Positions 1 to 8,400 of a stretch of 64,000 nt of DNA are shown in pieces (position 1 is the stretch's first letter; the number at the start of each line of letters is the position of its first letter). This DNA comes from a virus (lineage: Duplodnaviria > Caudoviricetes), in the IMG/VR virus record IMGVR_UViG_3300009082_000959; one strand, 5' to 3'. Under the pieces are notes generated by a model. It was not told the DNA's origin. It searched no databases and saw nothing but the letters and a program-made list of their open reading frames with translations. Both the position numbers and the translations under genes were made by a program.

Positions 1-2
1 TT

Positions 3-644
3 AATTTTTCTATAAAAGATTTCGAAGAAAACCTTGATTATCATATAGTTATGGAAAAAGAACCAAATGTTATATATAATTATATGAAAAATAATCCCTA
101 CAGAGAAGACTTGCCAAGGATAATAAACAAAATTCCTTTGAGATTTTTTCCAAAGGATGCAAATCTAATTCCAGCGGTTAGATGTGATTTTAAACACAAA
201 CCAAGTCTCCGCTCTTATACAAACGAATTTGGTTCAGGATTATTTTCTGGGTATATAACCCACACAATAAGGCAACCAGCAAGTGTTTGTCTGCAAGCAC
301 TTCATTTGGCTGGCATTTTGGGTTGTAAAAATGTTTACACAATAGGATGCGACTTTTTATTTCAAGGTGATTTACGATATTATACTGGATACGACAACAA
401 AGACCACAAATCTAATATTTCTACCTCCATTGTCAGGCCAAAGAATATAGTTGAAGTAGATTTTTGTGGAGAAAAACGACTAACAGCCGAATGCTATAAA
501 AATACGGCCGATTGGACGAATAGGTTTATAAAAGAAGTGTGTCGTCCAGAGATGGAAGTCTATGATTTTAGTGGTGGTCTTTTAACAGCCGCCATTCAAT
601 TAAATTTAGAAGAATTTATGGGAAAATATGAAAACAATATTTAA
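3..644 (+). CDS. Maf/DUF115 (MptE-like) family protein, 5'-truncated by the window edge; possible nonulosonate glycosyltransferase
   Basis: The frame is open from nt 3 (NFSIKDFEENLDYHIV) into the Met at 51, so the gene starts upstream of the window. Motif ASVCLQALHLAGILGCKNVYTIGCDF resembles the DUF115/Maf pattern (A..A..LG...I.L.G.D). Confidence 0.45.
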   Translation, partial: NFSIKDFEENLDYHIVMEKEPNVIYNYMKNNPYREDLPRIINKIPLRFFPKDANLIPAVRCDFKHKPSLRSYTNEFGSGLFSGYITHTIRQPASVCLQALHLAGILGCKNVYTIGCDFLFQGDLRYYTGYDNKDHKSNISTSIVRPKNIVEVDFCGEKRLTAECYKNTADWTNRFIKEVCRPEMEVYDFSGGLLTAAIQLNLEEFMGKYENNI

Positions 645-1644
645 TATAATAACGAATAAGTATGTTTTGCTTGCACTTATCGCCGTGTTTGTTGGTTTAG
701 CAATACAAATAAAGGTTTGCTCTGTCCAAGAAAACGAAAGACTGGCAACTTACAACCGCCAATTAAGTGGACAACTTACAGAGCAAGAACATTTGCTACA
801 ATCTGCTAATCATGAACTTGGAATTGCTAATTCAAGATTAGTTACACAGAAACAACTAGCGGACGAATTAGAGAAAGCGAAGCTGGAAGTAGATAAAGAA
901 TTCGAAGCTTTCAAAAAAGAGCATAATTTGGTGATTGCTAGTAAAGACCTAGCTATAGCAAGATTGGAACAGCAATTACAAGGTTCTTCTGGAACCACTG
1001 TTGTTCCCGTTACACAAACTGACCAAGAATTATGTCTGAAAATTGAAGAAAAATGCGTAATTGGTTATACTTGGGCTGATAATTTTGGGCGGTTCTCTCT
1101 TATTGACCCAAATATTTTTAAATCTGGTGACGAAATCGTCACAATCAATCAATATTTTAGAGTACTTGTGGAGACATTTAAGCAGCAAGATGGGTCTTTG
1201 ATGATCCAGCGACTAGTTTTAAGAGAAGTATATCCAGACGGTTCCGGTGGTTATAAAGAAGTCCCAAACGGAAAAGCAGAAATTGTTGAACACGAATTTG
1301 TTTATGACAATGCACCAATTGAAATTCCGGAATGGTCTGCTTGGGATTTATTTAAATTGCGCATGGTTGTGGGAATTGGAACAGAAATTTTCCCAGAACC
1401 AGGTGATTTAAGACTTTCCGTTGGTTTGCAGTTTTTTGGGTGGCGTGGACTGGGTGTTAATAGTCACACTGGACTTGATTTCGATGACCCAAAAAACATT
1501 GCGCAGTACTTGGCCATTTCTTATGCGCCAGAATTCGATGATTTCAAGTTAAACATTGGGCTTGAGGTTGCGGTAGGAACATTTTTGTATAAACCATTTG
1601 ATGAATACAGTGTGAAGGTGGGCCTTATGTTTTATTTGTGGTAA
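628..1644 (+). CDS. Membrane-anchored coiled-coil protein with C-terminal amphipathic beta-strands (spanin-like candidate)
   Basis: N-terminal TM helix YVLLALIAVFVGLAIQI, coiled coil at about aa 35-120, and about 6 alternating hydrophobic strands at the end finishing YSVKVGLMFYLW. Confidence 0.45.
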   Translation: MKTIFNIITNKYVLLALIAVFVGLAIQIKVCSVQENERLATYNRQLSGQLTEQEHLLQSANHELGIANSRLVTQKQLADELEKAKLEVDKEFEAFKKEHNLVIASKDLAIARLEQQLQGSSGTTVVPVTQTDQELCLKIEEKCVIGYTWADNFGRFSLIDPNIFKSGDEIVTINQYFRVLVETFKQQDGSLMIQRLVLREVYPDGSGGYKEVPNGKAEIVEHEFVYDNAPIEIPEWSAWDLFKLRMVVGIGTEIFPEPGDLRLSVGLQFFGWRGLGVNSHTGLDFDDPKNIAQYLAISYAPEFDDFKLNIGLEVAVGTFLYKPFDEYSVKVGLMFYLW

Positions 1645-1672
1645 GAAAAAATTTATTTTTTTGGAGCCCTAA

Positions 1673-2377
1673 ATGAGAAAACTATCTTTTGTTTTATTGT
1701 CTGTTATTTTTTGTTCTTGTACGGTTAATTTGGTAGTTCCGCCGATTGTTTCAGATAGCACCACAAAAGTAGATACAACCAGAGAATCAATGAATTCGGT
1801 TGTAAGAATCTCTGCAAATACACCCGACGGAACAACTGCATTAACTGGAAGTGGTTGGGCTAATTCGAAAGACACAATACTAACCGCTGGGCATGTTTGT
1901 TGGGCAATTATATCACTTCAAAAGGCCGGAGTTTTGGAAGATAATATCGATATACACTATTTAAACAGAGTAGATGCCCTCAGCAAGATATCTGGTGTTG
2001 AAATAGTAGATGTTTCAGATAAAGATGATATTTGTTTGCTGTACTCTGAAAATCACGGGTTGCCGGTTTTGCAGTTTGAGGAAAGCAAAAATATAAAGTT
2101 TAATGGAGTAGCAATTGTATTAGGGTTTCCTCTTGGTGTTATGATAACCTATAATAACGGAACAATTATTGTTCCAGATACTGGTAATTATTTTGATATT
2201 GAGGTTTTGCGAAATAAACTTATAGTTTCCTCTGCAAGTACTTCTGGTAATAGTGGTGGGCCAGTGATAAATGAACATGGAAAAGTGATAGGAATGCTAA
2301 TCGCGGGCCCGAGCAATGGGTACGATCATCTATCGGTGTGCGTTACTGTTGATAGTATTAAGTCATTTATAAAATAA
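1673..2377 (+). CDS. Trypsin-like serine protease, probable lipoprotein
   Basis: Catalytic triad motifs LTAGHV, DDICLL and GNSGGP. Signal peptide MRKLSFVLLSVIFCS|C with lipobox-like Cys16. GGAG precedes the start. Confidence 0.85.
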   Translation: MRKLSFVLLSVIFCSCTVNLVVPPIVSDSTTKVDTTRESMNSVVRISANTPDGTTALTGSGWANSKDTILTAGHVCWAIISLQKAGVLEDNIDIHYLNRVDALSKISGVEIVDVSDKDDICLLYSENHGLPVLQFEESKNIKFNGVAIVLGFPLGVMITYNNGTIIVPDTGNYFDIEVLRNKLIVSSASTSGNSGGPVINEHGKVIGMLIAGPSNGYDHLSVCVTVDSIKSFIK

Positions 2378-2395
2378 TATTATGTTGGTGAAAAA

Positions 2396-5300
2396 ATGAG
2401 TGTTTTTCCTGATGCCATAGATTCAGATTTAGAATTGCCGCGCGTGGAGAATAATGTTTCCGAAATTAGCGGAGACACGATAAATTCTGTTAGGGATTCT
2501 GTGTTAGCAATAGAAAATGCCATTGGTATCAATCCACAGGGAAACACTGCTGACCTGACAACTCGCATTGGTTTGGTTATAGATGCCGACGGAAGAGTTA
2601 AAGCATCTGCTTTGGCATCCAGTGGGTTGGTGACTCTTCCAATTTCTAATTCCCAAATAGGTGTAAATGCCGCAATAGAGGAATCAAAATTAGACCTGGA
2701 TTACCCCACCGCAACACTTAATGCCAGCTTGGGTACAATATCGGCTAATTTGAGTGCTCTAATAACAACAATAAATTCACTAGCTTATAATACGGCAAGT
2801 CACTACGCCGGAACAGGAAACAAACACAAAGGAACTGCCATAGATTTGGTTTCTCCAATTTTAGGCGGAACAAATGTTGAGTCTGCACTTGGACTAGTCA
2901 ATACTGCTCTTTCTTCACACACGGCATCTACACTAAATAGTCACACGGCTAGCAGCATTTCTTTATCCGGGCCATTTATTAATATAGATTCCGACGATGT
3001 TGAAGAAGCAATAGGCGAATTAGACATAGGTCAATCTGCGGCAATAGAGGAACACCAAGACAAGTTACACAGAAATGGAATAGTAATAGGAGAAAGATCA
3101 TCTTCGCAAATTAATTCGGAATACACCACGTTTGCTGGAACAATATACCAAACCGATACCGATGAAGCGACAAATATATTTCAAATAATGAGACCAAATG
3201 TTGCACGCATTTCAAGTAAAAACATAGACTTACGCGCATTATCTTCTACTACTGCCAGGAACCTAAGAATTCAGGCAGGTGGGGTTGGTCGTGGAACGCT
3301 GGATGTAGATTTGGTTTCTACAATACCAGCTGACTCGATTGATGAAATTGTTGAGGTAATAAATACACAAGCACGCGAGCAACACTACCCTATTTCTGCC
3401 TATAATACCGGTGCTTTGACTTTGGCCCACAATATACCTGGCGCACAGTACACACTAGAGGTTTTAGATACCATATCACTAGACGCATCTAATGCGCTGG
3501 GTTTTTCTGGCATAACAAACGTAGTGTGCTCTTGGCCAGATAATGTGCCTGGATGCTTTGTTTCTGGCAAAAAAATAAGTGGAATAAAATCAATAGTATC
3601 GTGCGCGTGTGTTCAAACATCTCTTAGTCCAACAATTAATCCGGCAGTAGGTAATTTAAGTTTGCTGGGATTATCTGGGAATGAAGGAAGAGTTTTGTGT
3701 AATATCACCAATCACAGCACAGACTCTACGGTCAATGGAACATACTATATAATAAATTATCCAACAACAAGTACAATAACACTAAATGATGACATTGCGG
3801 CTGGAACTTTTGATTTAGAAATAGCCGCAGACTCTATCAACTTCGAAAATAGTGCAAGAGGGGAATTATTTGATATTTTTGTAGAACACGATCCAGATGG
3901 ATATATTGGCCACGGAGTACTTAAAAAATATAATCGTGTGAGTTATGGTACAATACCAGGTGTTGTATTGAAGTGCGTAAGTAATGACTTCGTAGATAGT
4001 GGTGATTTTGAGTGGGGAGTTTCTTCTTCTGGATATCTTACTTTATATCATAATGGAAATGCAGGAGTATCAAAGGGAATTTCAACTGGATATGTTGGGC
4101 AAATTGAGGTTTTTGCCCCCAACAATACGACTAGCGCTGTGTTTCAGGTTCACGGTAATTTTTCTGCGGCAAGAAAAGAATTCAATGTAAGCGAATTTGC
4201 CGGAAGTGATGACAAACTATACTTGGGATCAATTCACTACGGCGGAAATTTTGGACTACAAACTATTAAATATTTTATGGATAGTAGAGTCTTTGGTTCA
4301 ACACAAGACACTGAAAGCAATGATGTTATTAATAAAATAAAAACAGACGATCTTGCTAGTGAATTAAGAAACAACGGCGTCATACGTGGGTTTGATATAG
4401 AAAGTTACCTTAATACATCTTTGAGAGTTCGTGGCGGCCGGGCTCTCATAAGTGGCAAAATAATAGACGTAGAAACAAAAGATGTAACGGTTGATGTTTT
4501 TACAGAAGCAACCAGGATGCTTTTATTAGATATTAATGGAGATTACCTAATAAAAGATACGGCCAATGTTGGGTTTTCCTTTGATGAACTCACCAGTGGT
4601 ACTAATTTTGGTGATGAGGCCGGAGTTGCTCTTATTTGCGAATTTAATACCGATGGTTCCAAGATAGATGGGTACGTCACAGACAGACGACTTTTTGTAA
4701 ATAAAATAGACAAACGCTTGAATGATTTAGACTCCAGTCTTGGCGCGCGAATAGAGAATGTGCTCAGCACTGTTAGTGGTGGGTACTGGGGATTTACTAT
4801 AGCAGAAACAGCAAATGAGGATGGTTACATTGCTGAATTGGAAATGGCAAATCACGATGGCTTTAATTTTGTTCCTGACACAAATCAAACCGAGTATTCT
4901 GCGTGGGGGTTTGGAGCAGGTGAATCATCAATAACGACACGTAGATTTCAATTTGTGTCGCCCTCTTTAAATAAAACATCTATATTTAAGTCAGTTGGTT
5001 TGACGCACATTAATGTTTTTTTGGATGCAACCTATACTGGTGATCAGGATGGTATTTTGGGGCCATTTGGTGTGAGTGGAACAGTATATGTAGATATTGG
5101 TGTCGCAGTTACTGTTGGCTTAGCAAATCAAACAACAACAGAATCGTATGCTTTAGTAAAAACAATAAATGCTGGTGTTTTCCCAGTTATATCACAGATA
5201 GAGCGTTATGTTGCGTCTATTCCTGCAACTGATCTTAATCTCCAGGATAATGTCATGTTTGATGTTGTTCCTCGCATTAGAATTCGCAACACAAATTACG

Positions 5301-5449
5301 TCGACGGAGGTACGGGGCCAGACCCCGAACCAACTATTCTGTTCGATAACGTTCGTGTCGTGACAAGTAGCTATAGTGTTGCTGGCTCAGTAGGTGATAT
5401 AGATGGAACTTCCACTTCTGTTGGTGTAGCAATAAGTGATATATTATAA
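2396..5449 (+). CDS. Large virion structural/appendage protein (paralog of 5464-10575)
   Basis: 1017 aa, Ser/Thr/Gly/Asp-rich and beta-strand-like. N-terminus MSVFPDAIDSDLELPRVENNVSEI matches the next gene, as do internal blocks LH.NGI, GV.RGFD and RRL/FVN. Confidence 0.6.
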   Translation: MSVFPDAIDSDLELPRVENNVSEISGDTINSVRDSVLAIENAIGINPQGNTADLTTRIGLVIDADGRVKASALASSGLVTLPISNSQIGVNAAIEESKLDLDYPTATLNASLGTISANLSALITTINSLAYNTASHYAGTGNKHKGTAIDLVSPILGGTNVESALGLVNTALSSHTASTLNSHTASSISLSGPFINIDSDDVEEAIGELDIGQSAAIEEHQDKLHRNGIVIGERSSSQINSEYTTFAGTIYQTDTDEATNIFQIMRPNVARISSKNIDLRALSSTTARNLRIQAGGVGRGTLDVDLVSTIPADSIDEIVEVINTQAREQHYPISAYNTGALTLAHNIPGAQYTLEVLDTISLDASNALGFSGITNVVCSWPDNVPGCFVSGKKISGIKSIVSCACVQTSLSPTINPAVGNLSLLGLSGNEGRVLCNITNHSTDSTVNGTYYIINYPTTSTITLNDDIAAGTFDLEIAADSINFENSARGELFDIFVEHDPDGYIGHGVLKKYNRVSYGTIPGVVLKCVSNDFVDSGDFEWGVSSSGYLTLYHNGNAGVSKGISTGYVGQIEVFAPNNTTSAVFQVHGNFSAARKEFNVSEFAGSDDKLYLGSIHYGGNFGLQTIKYFMDSRVFGSTQDTESNDVINKIKTDDLASELRNNGVIRGFDIESYLNTSLRVRGGRALISGKIIDVETKDVTVDVFTEATRMLLLDINGDYLIKDTANVGFSFDELTSGTNFGDEAGVALICEFNTDGSKIDGYVTDRRLFVNKIDKRLNDLDSSLGARIENVLSTVSGGYWGFTIAETANEDGYIAELEMANHDGFNFVPDTNQTEYSAWGFGAGESSITTRRFQFVSPSLNKTSIFKSVGLTHINVFLDATYTGDQDGILGPFGVSGTVYVDIGVAVTVGLANQTTTESYALVKTINAGVFPVISQIERYVASIPATDLNLQDNVMFDVVPRIRIRNTNYVDGGTGPDPEPTILFDNVRVVTSSYSVAGSVGDIDGTSTSVGVAISDIL

Positions 5450-5463
5450 AAAGGATTTAGAAA

Positions 5464-8400
5464 ATGAGCGTTTTCCCAGATGACCTCGATTCCGATCTAG
5501 AAATTGCCAGAATCGAAAATAATGTTTCCGAAATTGGCGGTGATGTACTTAATTCCTTGCGCGACGCTGTTTTTGCAATTCAGCGTGTGCTTGGTATTAA
5601 TGCGCAAGGAAACAAACCAAGTTTAACAAGCCGCATTAATGTTTCTTTGGATGCTGATGGTAATATAAAGCCAAGTTCTCTTGAAGGTATTGGTTTGGCG
5701 ACCCTACCAATAACAAATTCACATGTTGGTGATAATGCAGCAGTACAAGAATCAAAACTGGATCTTGATTTTGGGACACAATATTTAAAAAACCTCATAA
5801 GCTCTGCTCGTACCGATCTTGATGCCATCACTGCATCGGTTTCCTCACAGGGTTCTGGACTGAACCTTCATATTTTGGGCCTTGGCAATTATCACGACGG
5901 ATATCATATAAAAATAAATAGCGGCACTCAAATTGGCGTCGCAGGTATGGCCTCTATCACAGTTGGTGACGCAATAAATGAATTAAGCACACGGTTGTTT
6001 TCTGGAAGCACAACAACAGAGCCACACATAGATTTAAACGTACCCTCAACAACAAAACACGCAGCAAGCGGAATATCTGTTGATAGTTCTGATTTTGTCA
6101 GTATCGATCAGTCAATTTCCACTGTCCAAGGCGCAATAGATGCACTGGATTCTGGGTCAAATCTTTTAATAGAAAAGCATGTTGATGAGCTTCATGCCAA
6201 CGGAATAATTAAAAATGTTCGATCATATGAGTTTTTTAATTCTGATCGTCGTTTGATTGGCCCAGTGAGTGGCGTTACTTATGCTTCTGGTGGAAGTGTT
6301 GTTACACTGACTGGAGAGACATCTCTATCATCTTATAAAATAAGTGTTGGGGATGTTTTAGTTATACACACTATGTCCGGTGTTCTGGATGTTGGAGCAT
6401 TCCAAGTAAGAGCAATAGGTCCCTTAGCAGAAAGTGATACACTAGGTGATTTGCCCTCATTACTAGCAAATCAGGTTGCCGTATTTCATATTTTTTCTGA
6501 AACCAAGGCATCTGGTGACGGTGTTTCGGCGAGCATATACAAACCAGGACAAGTATCAAGTGAATATGCCCCATTGGCGTGCGGTATTAGACCGAACGAG
6601 ACCATGGTTGATACAATTTCGGTTGTACGACCAGATGCGGCAAGGGTTGTTAGTGTTGGATTCAATGGCGCAATACTGGCTGCCGACGGATATGATGTAA
6701 AAATAAAAGTTGGTCTTGGAAATAGCACCTTCAGAGAGCTAATAATTACAGATCTAAATTATGATAGGATTGGAACAAACAAATCGAATCCAGTAAATTC
6801 AGAACACGTTGCAGAACGAATTAATGCATTTGTGTCAGACCCAAATTCAGAAAATCACTTTCCCATTACAGCGGCAGGTGTTGGGAATGAACTAGTAATA
6901 GCACACGATTTGGTTGGTCCGGAATATACAATAGAAATTATGGAAGGATTTAATGGAAATTATCCGTTGGGTCTGGATGCATACGGAGCAGATGTCGCCG
7001 GAAATGTGGTTGTTGGAAACCTAAATTGTTTGTATAATATAAATGGAACCGGTATACGTTCAATTGCAACAAAGTTCACCGGAACTGCATCTATTAATTC
7101 TGCGACTGGAACCTTTTCTGTTTATAATAGTGACGGTCAGCTAATAAACCCACTGAATTATGGAATTGGCCCAGGTTCTGTTATTCATATACTTGATCAC
7201 CAGACCACAGAAACAAATGGTAGTTATACAGTATTGACCGCAACTACAACATCTATTTCTGTATTTTTAGCAGAACAAATAGATGCGCCCACGTCACCTA
7301 CCACATTTACGGTTGAGGCATACGAATCTCATGTGTCATTAAACTCAATTAGCGGGACAGAGACAGATAATGGAACTGTGCAAATATTTGTAGATGAGGA
7401 TGGCAGAACACAAGTTCATCAAAGAATATCGTATGGAACAAGTTTTGGTTCTGCCTTTGAGATTGTATCTATATCAAATACTTTCCCAGAAGGAACATTT
7501 AGTATCTTAATTGACTCCGTTGGAAGTCTTTTGTCGTTCAATCTTCTTGATGACTCATTCGCTGGTGATACCGTTTCCGTTGATGAAACATTTACTGGTG
7601 GATTCAAACTATATCACCCGAATGGCCTTGACTATATAACAATACATATAGAGGATGGGTCAGTGGTTGTTGGAACAGAAACACTAATTGTTTCTTCTGC
7701 CGCCAATGATGATTATTCTCTATTACTATGTACCGCGAATTTTAACGGTGATATTGAAATAACCAATCTGGTTGACGGAAGATTATTTGGTAATATCGGG
7801 GCTGATCAAGTCCGCGATGATTTTATTGAAGTTTTTAGCCAGCTTCCCATTTCTGATTTAAGGTCCGATGGCGTTGTTCGTGGTTTCGATTTAGTTGCAC
7901 TAACATATGCCGATGTGGTCACTGGAATGCAGGCACTACCTTTGCGTGGTGGCGTGGCATACGTAGATGGTGTAAGGGTGTCAGTAGAAACACAAAAAGT
8001 GATAGTGAATTCATTTAACGATGACGAAACCCTTATTAATGGTGATAGAATAGTTGCCATTAATAACTTTGGATCAATTGAGGTTTTGCAGGATAGCATT
8101 GGAGAAATGCTGACAGATGGATATTACGCCAGTTCATCTCTTGGAAAGCTTCTGCCACTTTATAAGGTCTCCGTAGTAAATGGAGAAATATCAACCGTAA
8201 TTGATATCAGAAGGTTTATAAACGACCTAGATAGTAAGTTGGATTTGGTTGTAGATGAAACAAATAATGTGGTGGGGAATTTTAGAAGCCTTGAGGGAGC
8301 ACTTTTGTTTGCCGAAAGCTACCCAAACAGAGAGCACCTTACTGTTAGGATTCTTAATTCCGTGCATCCGACTAGAAAGATTGTCGTTCCGAATGGAGTA

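Noticed and set aside
2380-2391. 12-mer TTATGTTGGTGA shared with 56050-56061
   Set aside because: It contains an SD-like GGTG in AT-rich context and only two copies were seen, so it is likely RBS similarity or chance.
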